Positions 1 to 8,062 of a stretch of 18,841 nt of DNA are shown in pieces (the stretch's first letter is position 1; each line of letters starts with the position of its first letter). The notes beneath the pieces are model-generated. The model worked only from the letters and a program-made list of their open reading frames with translations, was not told where the DNA came from and searched no databases. Origin of the DNA: Candidatus Heimdallarchaeota archaeon (GTDB lineage: Archaea; Asgardarchaeota; Wukongarchaeia; Wukongarchaeales; JBHIFL01). A program made the position numbers and the translations under genes. The DNA lies in NCBI GenBank assembly GCA_046761065.1, contig JBHIFL010000077.1:1-18841 (forward strand), written 5' to 3'.

Positions 1-419
1 AGTCATCTGATTTTGAAATAAAATTTTACTAATATGGTAAGATATTTTCTTACTAATAAAAAAGTCCGGTTAAACTCCCTAGATGTCAAAAGAATTTACC
101 GGATCTGCGGCTATTTTTACCAGATTAAAGGAAGACCTTCTCACATTATTTAAAAACTTTCAGAATCTCCATATTTTATTGGGGTTGGCTGGATGGAATT
201 CCTATCACGATCCACCAAAAAATGCCGTACTATGGGGGTATTTGGAGATGCATTCCACCAAAACTTCCTCGGTGGAGACATTGAAAGAAAGTACATCGAG
301 TTTTCACGCAGAAATGCCATAACCTTATTAGAAGTATTCCGAAAAAATCGCGTGAAAGGCTTCCAGCTGATTCTAGCCGAATCTCGTCCAATTAGATTTG
401 ACGGGAGGAGTGGGATTAT

Positions 420-1448
420 TTGTTAAAAAGCAACCTTTCTCATGGAGATGATCCACATCTTGATGTTTCCTTGACCAATTGCCCAGAATGCGATAGTAAA
501 AGTTTAACCCATAATTGGGAGCGGGGAGAGGTAGTTTGCTGTACTTGCGGGGTGGTTGTGGCAAGGATATTAGATACCGGACCAGAGTGGTGGTCTTTTC
601 CCCAAGAGAAAAGAGGATCACGTGATCGGATTGGTGCACCACTCTCGCCAATCATGCCCGACTATGGTTTACGAACTGGGATGGGGCGTCCAGATAGAGA
701 TTCACAAGGCCAGCCATTAACGGCTGAAGCACGCACGAGAATGGGACGATTACGAAAAATTGATAATAGGACAAGACGGCGCGAAACTCGAAGTCTTGTT
801 GCGCCTCTCAACGATTTACGGAGAATTTGCAGCCAGTTAGGAATCTCTGGGGCAACTACGGAATGTGCAGCAATTTACTACCGGAAGTGTCACAAAAAGG
901 GGTTGGTACGTGGCAGATCAACTAGAGGGATAATTGCCGCCTCAATTTATCTAGCATGTCGCACCCAAAGTGTTGTTTTAACCTTAAAAGAGCTATCTGA
1001 AATTTCACGGGTGGATCGAAAAGAGCTCAATCGAGCAGTTCGCATTATCCTTGAAGAGTTGGAAGTCAAACCAGATGCCACAGATCCTCGGAAGCTAGTG
1101 GAACGTCTAGGAAATAATTTAGATGTCACCATGTACACGATAAAAGCAGCGATGGAAATCCTTCATCAAGGAAAAAATAACGGGTTAACAATGGGGAAGA
1201 GTCCGGTAAGTTTAGCTGCAGCCGCCCTATATGCTGCTTGTGTTCAAACGGGTGAGCGAAGAACACAAGAACAAATTGCCCAGGTTGCAAAAACAACAGC
1301 TGTTACAATTCGGAATCGGTTCAAAGAATTGGTGAGAGAATTAGGATTAAAATTAGAAGTCAAGCGTGGCGCGGGTTCAGCCCCGGTTTATAAGGAAAAT
1401 CCAACGTGGTTCAAGGAAGAGCTTAAGGGAGAATCTATTTCACTTTAA
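420..1448 (+). CDS. tfb: Transcription initiation factor IIB (archaeal TFB), divergent paralog-like
   Basis: Zn-ribbon CPEC...CCTC, B-reader DTGPEW(W)SF...RIGAP, two cyclin repeats with GRS and GKSP motifs, C-terminal HTH RTQEQIAQVAKTTAVTIRNRFKEL. TTG start with GGAGGAG SD at about 404-410. Confidence 0.96.
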   Translation: MLKSNLSHGDDPHLDVSLTNCPECDSKSLTHNWERGEVVCCTCGVVVARILDTGPEWWSFPQEKRGSRDRIGAPLSPIMPDYGLRTGMGRPDRDSQGQPLTAEARTRMGRLRKIDNRTRRRETRSLVAPLNDLRRICSQLGISGATTECAAIYYRKCHKKGLVRGRSTRGIIAASIYLACRTQSVVLTLKELSEISRVDRKELNRAVRIILEELEVKPDATDPRKLVERLGNNLDVTMYTIKAAMEILHQGKNNGLTMGKSPVSLAAAALYAACVQTGERRTQEQIAQVAKTTAVTIRNRFKELVRELGLKLEVKRGAGSAPVYKENPTWFKEELKGESISL

Positions 1449-1529
1449 GCTGAGCTACAAATAGGCCAGGACCAAACTAGGAACAACCGGCAAGTTGAAG
1501 CGTAGATCCTCATTATGGTGGGTGTTAAC

Positions 1530-1548
1530 TCTTCTATCTTTTTTTCTC
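1530..1548 (+). terminator. Archaeal oligo(T) terminator candidate downstream of tfb
   Basis: Pyrimidine tract TCTTCTATCTTTTTTTCTC about 80 nt after the tfb stop. Confidence 0.45.
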
Positions 1549-1705
1549 ATACTGATTTAAAGTATTTCCTCAAGGGTTAATATAAAGGCCCCATATTCAA
1601 ATTTTGGTTAATTTCGCCAAAATCAAGTCGTTAAGTGAGCTCTCTTGAACTTTATTTCAAATCTTAAACTAATTTTAAGCAACCAGAATTAATATTCTAG
1701 ATTCA

Positions 1706-1829
1706 TTAAGCTGAGCCCATTAACCCGGATGCATTTTCTAGAAAGGCGGATGAGTTTTCGAGAATACTAATTAGCAGAAGATTCTGCTATCTCCTTCAGA
1801 GGAATGCCACACTATTGGGGGGCGGCTAA
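1706..1829 (+). promoter_or_regulatory. Candidate structured cis-regulatory 5' leader RNA of the longin gene
   Basis: Nested pairings found by eye: AGCUG(1709-13)/CGGCU(1823-27); GCAUUUUCU-GAA-GG/CC-UUC-AGA-GAAUGC; GGAU/AUCU; hairpin AGCAGA-AGAU-UCUGCU. Several pairs are G-U wobbles on the + strand. Confidence 0.45.
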
Positions 1830-1834
1830 GTAAA

Positions 1835-3871
1835 TTGATAAAAGAAGTGTTTATTTTTCGCCATACAACTGGAGAACTCTTATTTGGGCATTCTACGGGT
1901 GGTCAGTGGGAAAACATTGACAAAAGTCTTGTAACAAGTTTTCTTTCAGCATTATTTCAATTTAGCAAGGAGATTGGTGAAGAAGAAGTTCGCAGTCTGA
2001 TTATGAGTGGTTCTACCTATCACTACAAATCTTGGAAAGATGTAACTTTCAGTCTTGTGACCACTTTGGATTATGATCCTACTATTGTGAGATCAATCTT
2101 GGAAGAAGTTAAAGCACGGTTTTTAAATCGATTCTACGGGATTATTAATGGGTGGGAAGGCAGTATTGAAACCTTCAACAAATTTTCGGAAATTGTGAAG
2201 CAATCCCTGCTAGAGCTGGACAAACGAAACAAGATCTTACATATATTTCCACATTCGATGTTGGTCTCGAATGGGACCATCTCCCCACTTCCTAGGGATG
2301 CAGAAATCGCATCGATTTTTGCTCTCGCTGAGAAAAATAAAAAACGGGCAAAACTTTTTGGGAGGTCTAAAGAAACAATAGTAACTTTTTCCAAACTGTT
2401 TGTTCCTATTTTCATTGAACCGTTAAATGATGGATTTTTGCTTATTGATGGGTTGGGTCTGACTCGCCAAAAATTGCGGTTTGAACATTTCATCGATGTT
2501 AAGAATTTAAAAAACCGGCTCTTAATCACAGACAGTGATAATCTAATTCCAATACTCAAAGAAATCCAATCAGAATTGAAGAAGGAGGGAGAAGAGGGTG
2601 AACTGGATTCGATTGTGGATGTCACATTACTTGACAGTGAACTTTTTGATCGAATGTATGAATCAGTCACAGATTTCGCCCATGTTATCATACCCATGTT
2701 ATCTGAAGAAGAGATCCTTGAAAAGAAAGAACAATTTCTTAATTGGAAAAGGGAGATTCAACAAACTATATATGCGCTCAACGAACTTGCTGGATCGATA
2801 GGCATTTGCGCTGAATCGATGAAAACCGAACTGGATGAGTGTTATGAAAAGACGAAACGGATTTATGATAATGAGTTGGAACTACTGCAAACCCAAGTGA
2901 AGTATAACCAAGAGCTATTAGACGACGAACAGGAGACTAAAAAATCTAAAATATTGCAAACTTATAACGATAAACAAATAGTTATCCGTGCAGAGCTTCG
3001 AACCGTTGTGGAGGGCTTCTCAGAGCTCTTTAAGAACATTTCGGGAGGGATCATTTCAACATTAGACCAACCCACACAAGGTAAGCCGCAAAAAGTACAA
3101 ACAGAGGCACTCATTGCAAATGTCACTCAATTACTTGATAATTTAGTAGTTGAAACAAGTAAAATTCAAGAGTGGTATCAACGGCTGCAATTAAAAATTC
3201 GAAGTAAAAAACTAGAGCTTAAGCAACTGGAACTCGCGTGTGATGAAGAGCTCAACCAATTAAAGGAAGAATATCAAAATCGAAAAAAAGCAGAAAAAAA
3301 GAAACTCACTTTATTAAAAGCAGAAAAGGCAAATGAACTTACAAAGCTCAAGCAATCAATTGAGGAAATAGATACAACTGCAAGAGCAACCATAGACATC
3401 ATAGAATTAAAAATTATGAGATTACAAAGGGAGGATCAGGTGTTAAATCAATATCTCTACAAGGGTATGGATCGTCTCAGCGAGACGGATAAGATCTATA
3501 TTCCTTTTTATTTAATCCAATACGCAACAACTTCAACCAAAACTCAAAACAAGCTCCGTTCAGAAGTGATTCCCCCGGTACGAATCGTTAGAGCGGGAAA
3601 GGGGACGGTACGAATTCAATATTATCCAAACTTTGAGGATATGCGGGCTCGGATATGTTATGCCCTTAATCAGAGAACACCACTGGCGGAGGCTATATAT
3701 TCAGCGCGAGAACGCTGTGATTATTTCCACAAGCCTAGGCATGAGTTAATCGTCTCAGATGTTCTTTCGTGGTTAAGTACAAAAGGGATTATTAGTGAAA
3801 AGATGTTAAACCTTCTAAAAATCACTCAGGTGCCTCCATTCAAGTCTATCAAAGAAGTAATACATGAATAG
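1835..3871 (+). CDS. Longin-domain protein with long coiled coil (eukaryotic signature-like protein), function unknown
   Basis: Residues 1-125 follow the longin pattern (beta hairpin IKEVFIF..GELLF, helix LVTSFLSALFQFSKEI, three strands, helix ILEEVKARFLNRF, FNKFSEIV). Residues about 290-535 are E/K/Q/L-rich heptads. No TM segment. TTG start. Confidence 0.8.
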   Translation: MIKEVFIFRHTTGELLFGHSTGGQWENIDKSLVTSFLSALFQFSKEIGEEEVRSLIMSGSTYHYKSWKDVTFSLVTTLDYDPTIVRSILEEVKARFLNRFYGIINGWEGSIETFNKFSEIVKQSLLELDKRNKILHIFPHSMLVSNGTISPLPRDAEIASIFALAEKNKKRAKLFGRSKETIVTFSKLFVPIFIEPLNDGFLLIDGLGLTRQKLRFEHFIDVKNLKNRLLITDSDNLIPILKEIQSELKKEGEEGELDSIVDVTLLDSELFDRMYESVTDFAHVIIPMLSEEEILEKKEQFLNWKREIQQTIYALNELAGSIGICAESMKTELDECYEKTKRIYDNELELLQTQVKYNQELLDDEQETKKSKILQTYNDKQIVIRAELRTVVEGFSELFKNISGGIISTLDQPTQGKPQKVQTEALIANVTQLLDNLVVETSKIQEWYQRLQLKIRSKKLELKQLELACDEELNQLKEEYQNRKKAEKKKLTLLKAEKANELTKLKQSIEEIDTTARATIDIIELKIMRLQREDQVLNQYLYKGMDRLSETDKIYIPFYLIQYATTSTKTQNKLRSEVIPPVRIVRAGKGTVRIQYYPNFEDMRARICYALNQRTPLAEAIYSARERCDYFHKPRHELIVSDVLSWLSTKGIISEKMLNLLKITQVPPFKSIKEVIHE

Positions 3872-4069
3872 CATGATATAGATATATGATTGTCAATACA
3901 ATGTATACACAATGAATCTCATTTAAATAAGAATGAATTCTTTGGGGTTAGTTCAAATCAGGAAATTAGAAGCTTAGGTATAAATCGTAATCTTGTGTAA
4001 TTTTAGGATCTGTATACCTCTTTTTATAAAATACCATGTGTAGAACTGGCAAGTTTGCCAAATACCCTT

Positions 4070-4492
4070 TTACTGGACAGTCAAAATGGAGAGATTCACT
4101 GACGAGATTCCACTAATTTTACTCAATTTGCTTTTCAATTGATCTAGGGATGGTGAAGTCAATTCTGATTTGTTGATGTACCCCTCATAAACACAACTTT
4201 CTTCAGTAAAGCAGATCCCACTTGAATAAAGGGTATCGACTTTATAAGCAGTCAACACTCGTCCAAGTTGATCAAGAAAGCCGGGGGTTAGATCACCTAT
4301 TTCGATAATAATCTTCACGACTTGATCACTTTTTGTTGGAATCAACCGGATGGTTTGAGTGCTTACCGCAAATACTAATATCGCATACTCGTCATTATCC
4401 ATCTTAAGGAGTTCTAAAAACTCTCGAGGTAATTTTGTAGGTGATTCTGAGGTAATTTTTATTAATTTTGCAAGTGTCACCGGTAAATCCAT
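4070..4492 (-). CDS. AbrB-like N-terminal + ACT-domain putative regulator
   Basis: N-terminal KLPREFLELLKMDNDEYAILV resembles the AbrB/SpoVT swapped hairpin; C-terminal VVKIIIEIGDLTPGFLDQLGRVL..KVDTLYSSG...LSKISGISSV has the ACT pattern. GGAGAG SD upstream. Divergent from the aor operon. Confidence 0.7.
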   Translation of the reverse strand: MDLPVTLAKLIKITSESPTKLPREFLELLKMDNDEYAILVFAVSTQTIRLIPTKSDQVVKIIIEIGDLTPGFLDQLGRVLTAYKVDTLYSSGICFTEESCVYEGYINKSELTSPSLDQLKSKLSKISGISSVNLSILTVQ

Positions 4493-4683
4493 TTATGAAT
4501 CTCTCCTTGGCTCAAAGGAACCGTAAATTGATTGTATCATAAGGGATTTCTATTTTTTAACTTTATTATCGTTCGGGGGCAATAAGGTAGGACAGTAAAC
4601 GTCAGACAATGGTTCTTTTTACTAACAAGAAATTTCATTTCAAAGGATAATCAAGGCAGGTGAATATTCAAAGATATTTTAAA

Positions 4684-4699
4684 TGTTAATCAATTAACA
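4684..4699. promoter_or_regulatory. Perfect inverted repeat TGTTAAT-CA-ATTAACA, candidate operator
   Basis: 7-2-7 palindrome in the divergent promoter region between the ACT regulator and aor. Confidence 0.45.
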
Positions 4700-4793
4700 A
4701 CGTTCGCAATCGAGTAATAACGTTTATTGTGGATCCATTCATAGCCAACAAATTAGGAAACAAATTTACGGGAAGAACCTAAATCGCTATAAT

Positions 4794-4833
4794 TGACAAA
4801 TCGTCAGATTTTTTTAGGATTGAGCTTATAAAA
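4794..4833 (+). promoter_or_regulatory. aor promoter candidate: TATA box TTATAAAA (4826-4833) preceded by palindrome TGAC-N5-GTCA (4794-4806)
   Basis: The TATA lies about 29 nt upstream of ATG 4862, which fits a leaderless or short-leader archaeal transcript. Confidence 0.5.
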
Positions 4834-4861
4834 GCATACAAAAAGAAAGTTAGTATCTAAA

Positions 4862-6742
4862 ATGAATAACATAATGAAAGGTTACACTGGCAAAATCCTT
4901 CATGTTTCCTTACCCCTTGGTAAAACATTAATCGAAGAACCAAGGAAACAGTTTTACGCAAAGTACCTAGGCGGTGTGGGTCTGGGGGTAAAACTCCTTT
5001 ATGACAACACTCCTCCAAAAATAGATCCATATCACCCTGATAACGCTTTTATCTTAGCGACAGGCCTTTTTTCTGGAACGAGTATTCCTACAAGTGGTAA
5101 GTACGCTGCCATCTCAAAATCGCCGTTAACGTCCTTCGTAGGCTTTGGGATCAGTTCTGGATTTTTTGGTCCTACATTGAAGTATGCAGGATACGATGCG
5201 GTAGTCATCCGAGGAAGATCTCGGAGTCCGGTATATCTTTTCATAGATGACGAAGAAGTCGGACTTCGAAATGCGATACACCTCAAAGGAAAAGATACAG
5301 TCGAGACAGATGAGCAGATCAGGGAGGAAATTGGGGATGATAATGTCCGGATTGCATGCGTCGGTCCAGCGGCCGAGCATCTAGTGAGATACGCATGCAT
5401 CACAAATGACATTACGCGGCAAGTTGGACGAACAGGTCTTGGAGCAATAATGGGTAGCAAAAATTTGAAAGCAATTGCAATTCGTGGAACCAATTCTGTA
5501 GAAGTTGAGAACCCGAAGAGGTTACTGCAGGTTTGTGGTGATCTCTATGAACGATGTCAAACTTCAAGCACAGAAAAATATAGAGATCTAGGAACACCAC
5601 AAAATGTGCTCGTTCTAAATGAACAAGGGGCACTTCCGACAAAGAATTTTCAATACACGACTTTCGAACATGCCGAAACTATTTCTGGGGAGATGTTAAA
5701 GAAAAAGTTCCTTCGAAAAGTGATTGCTTGTAATGCATGCGCGATAGGTTGTGATCATATTGTCCAAGTCAATGAAGGTCCATATACAGGCGCTATAACG
5801 GGTTTAGATTACGAATCACTCTTTGCACTTGGGTGTTGTTGTGGTGTTGGTGATCTTCGCCCTGTGATTAAGGCTGTAGAGTTGTGTGACGCCTTTGGTA
5901 TGGACACAATATCGGCTGGAGTCACAATTGCCTTTGCAATGGAATGTTTCGAGAAAGGCTTAATAACAATAGATGACGCTGATGGAATAGATTTGTCCTT
6001 TGGAAATGGTGACGCAGTTGTTCAGATGGTTGAAAAAATAGCCTTTCGCGACGGTTTAGGCGACCTGTTAGCGGAAGGAACCAAACGCGCTTCTGAGCAA
6101 ATTGGGAAAGGATCTACGCATTTCGCAATGCATGTGAAAGGGTTGGAACTACCGGGATACAGTATTCGCGGGCTCAACACAGCAGCCCTTGGTTTTTCAG
6201 TCTCGGTTCGTGGAGGATGCCATCAAAGAAATGCAGGATATTCTCCAGATCTGAAAGGACAGGTTGATCGATTCAAGGGAGATATTGAGCGAGGAATAGC
6301 GCTTATAAGAACAGAAAATTTGTATTCGGTTTTTGACTCAATCATTTTATGTAAGTTCATGAGAGGCGCAATTTCGTCGGAAGAGATTGCGACATTGTAT
6401 ACCTTGACATCAGGATTCCCCATGTCGGAATCTGAACTCTTACTTGCTGGTGAACGGATCACTAATCTTGAAAAAGCCTATAACATTCGTGAAGGCGCAA
6501 CAAGAGCGGATGATTACCCTCCGCCACGGGTATTTAAGGATCCTATCCCAGATGGAGTGGGGAAAGGTCACTACATTCTCAAAGAAGAATATGAGGCCAT
6601 GTTAGATGGTTATTATGCGGCTAGAGGGTGGACTAGGGAAGGAATCCCAACAAAAGCCAAGCTGATAGATCTTGGCCTAGAAGACTTAATTGAAGAACTT
6701 TACAGGGTAGAAGTAAAGGTGAGGCCTTCGTATGGCGACTGA
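4862..6742 (+). CDS. aor: Aldehyde:ferredoxin oxidoreductase family (W/Mo bis-pterin, 4Fe-4S)
   Basis: GYTGKIL N-terminus, SKSPLT, GRTGLGAIMGSKNLKAI, CNACAIGC + ILCKF cluster ligands, DYES, CDAFGMDTIS, RGGCH, YYAARGW..EGIPT. Alternative start ATG 4874. Confidence 0.96.
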   Translation: MNNIMKGYTGKILHVSLPLGKTLIEEPRKQFYAKYLGGVGLGVKLLYDNTPPKIDPYHPDNAFILATGLFSGTSIPTSGKYAAISKSPLTSFVGFGISSGFFGPTLKYAGYDAVVIRGRSRSPVYLFIDDEEVGLRNAIHLKGKDTVETDEQIREEIGDDNVRIACVGPAAEHLVRYACITNDITRQVGRTGLGAIMGSKNLKAIAIRGTNSVEVENPKRLLQVCGDLYERCQTSSTEKYRDLGTPQNVLVLNEQGALPTKNFQYTTFEHAETISGEMLKKKFLRKVIACNACAIGCDHIVQVNEGPYTGAITGLDYESLFALGCCCGVGDLRPVIKAVELCDAFGMDTISAGVTIAFAMECFEKGLITIDDADGIDLSFGNGDAVVQMVEKIAFRDGLGDLLAEGTKRASEQIGKGSTHFAMHVKGLELPGYSIRGLNTAALGFSVSVRGGCHQRNAGYSPDLKGQVDRFKGDIERGIALIRTENLYSVFDSIILCKFMRGAISSEEIATLYTLTSGFPMSESELLLAGERITNLEKAYNIREGATRADDYPPPRVFKDPIPDGVGKGHYILKEEYEAMLDGYYAARGWTREGIPTKAKLIDLGLEDLIEELYRVEVKVRPSYGD

Positions 6743-7292
6743 AAATTCTTCTATCAATAATTCGGGGGAACGGATGTTGATTTCCTGCGATCCTGATAAA
6801 TGTGATGGGTGTGGGATTTGTGAGTTAGTATGTTCTCATATCAAAGAAGGGACCTTCAATCCTTCTATGTCTCGCATACGGAGAGTAAGGCTTCACCACG
6901 TCGTTAATATCGCCATTGCTTGTCGTCAATGTGAAGATCCCATTTGTGTTAAGGCGTGCACTAAGAGTGAAGCATTGAAAATAGAAAATCACATTCTCGT
7001 TTGTGACCGCGAAAAATGCAATCTTTGCGGCTGGTGTGTTGATGCTTGTCCCTTTGGCACGATTTTCTTAGATTCTCGAGCCGAAAGATTATGTGCCGTC
7101 ATGTGTGATCTTTGTATTCAAAATAGAATTGATGGAGCACCGCCTTGTGTCAAATTTTGCCCTAAAGAGGCGCTATCCTTAGAAACTGCAAAATCATTAA
7201 CCCAAAAAGCTAAAGAAAACATCATTTATACTCGCCTGAACGAACTCGAAACAGAAATCCCACATAAGGGAGTAAAAATTGTAGGAAAATGA
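6732..7292 (+). CDS. Four-cluster Fe-S electron-transfer subunit (DmsB/HydN/CooF family), probable AOR partner
   Basis: CDGCGICELVC, CRQCEDPICVKAC, CNLCGWCVDACP, CDLC...PPCVKFCP. Overlaps the aor stop; AGGTGAGG SD at 6717-6724. Confidence 0.92.
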   Translation: MATENSSINNSGERMLISCDPDKCDGCGICELVCSHIKEGTFNPSMSRIRRVRLHHVVNIAIACRQCEDPICVKACTKSEALKIENHILVCDREKCNLCGWCVDACPFGTIFLDSRAERLCAVMCDLCIQNRIDGAPPCVKFCPKEALSLETAKSLTQKAKENIIYTRLNELETEIPHKGVKIVGK

Positions 7293-7307
7293 GGGTTAGT
7301 GCAACTC

Positions 7308-7685
7308 ATGTCCATAGATGAGAAGACACTTAAAGAATTACTCAAAGACGTACCGGATCACTATCAATATATCAAGTTAAGTATTGATCATGCGATCTGC
7401 AGGTTGGGAGAATGTCGACTTTGTATTGATAAGTGCCCCACAAATGCCTTTTACCAAAAAGAGAGAGTCGAACTAATCCCAGAACTTTGTATTGGGTGCG
7501 GCGCGTGCGTTTTAGTTTGTATGGTTCCGGGCTGTATCAAATTGACAAGGGAACGTAAAGATACTGGTCGAATAGAGACCGTAACGACTCCTAAGGATGT
7601 TGAAAAATCATTGCGCGCTTTGAACACAAGGAAAAAACGAGATGTGGGGAGAAAAGTCTTTGCACATATTCTTGAAGGCCTTTAA
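7308..7685 (+). CDS. 2x[4Fe-4S] ferredoxin-domain protein with basic C-terminal extension
   Basis: CRLGECRLCIDKCP and CIGCGACVLVC motifs. Start ATG 7308, or GTG 7299. Confidence 0.88.
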   Translation: MSIDEKTLKELLKDVPDHYQYIKLSIDHAICRLGECRLCIDKCPTNAFYQKERVELIPELCIGCGACVLVCMVPGCIKLTRERKDTGRIETVTTPKDVEKSLRALNTRKKRDVGRKVFAHILEGL

Positions 7686-8062
7686 ATACTCTATACATAA
7701 TTATTATTAAACATAAGAAACTTGGTTATTGTCCATTCACCATTTTGCAAATATGTTAATAATTGGTTAGCAACACTATTGTTCTACACTCAAAGGATCA
7801 CACCCTAATTAAAATCTAGTGCCTGTTGAGAGAATCTTGTAAAGCTTAAATTAAAAAATAAAAGCTCGAATAATAAATTACCGTTGCAAGTCATTTCTAG
7901 ACTATCAATAAATTCTTATTTGTCTTTAAGACCCTATGAGGCCCTTTGATAAAAATGGCATTTTTTACTAAGCATCAATCGAAAAGATCTATAAACTTAA
8001 AGAGCAGAATCACCTAAGCCTTGTAGGAGATTATTTTACACTATAAATAATGATAAAATTGG

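Noticed and set aside
1-6. CAT at 4-6 could be the start codon of a divergent gene leaving the window
   Set aside because: Two codons cannot support a gene call.
83-426. Short ORFs 83-322 and 193-426 upstream of tfb
   Set aside because: No recognisable motifs, they overlap each other and tfb, and the region is better explained as a structured leader; a uORF role is not excluded.
1463-1492. GCCAGG...GGAACAACCGGC resembles SRP RNA helix 8
   Set aside because: It lacks the GNRA tetraloop and AGCA motif, and there is no surrounding SRP helix framework.
1745-1790. CGGAUGAG resembles a hammerhead core, a SECIS AUGA or a fluoride riboswitch start
   Set aside because: No CUGAUGA with a matching GAAA, no opposing GA quartet strand, and the fluoride consensus pairing is absent.
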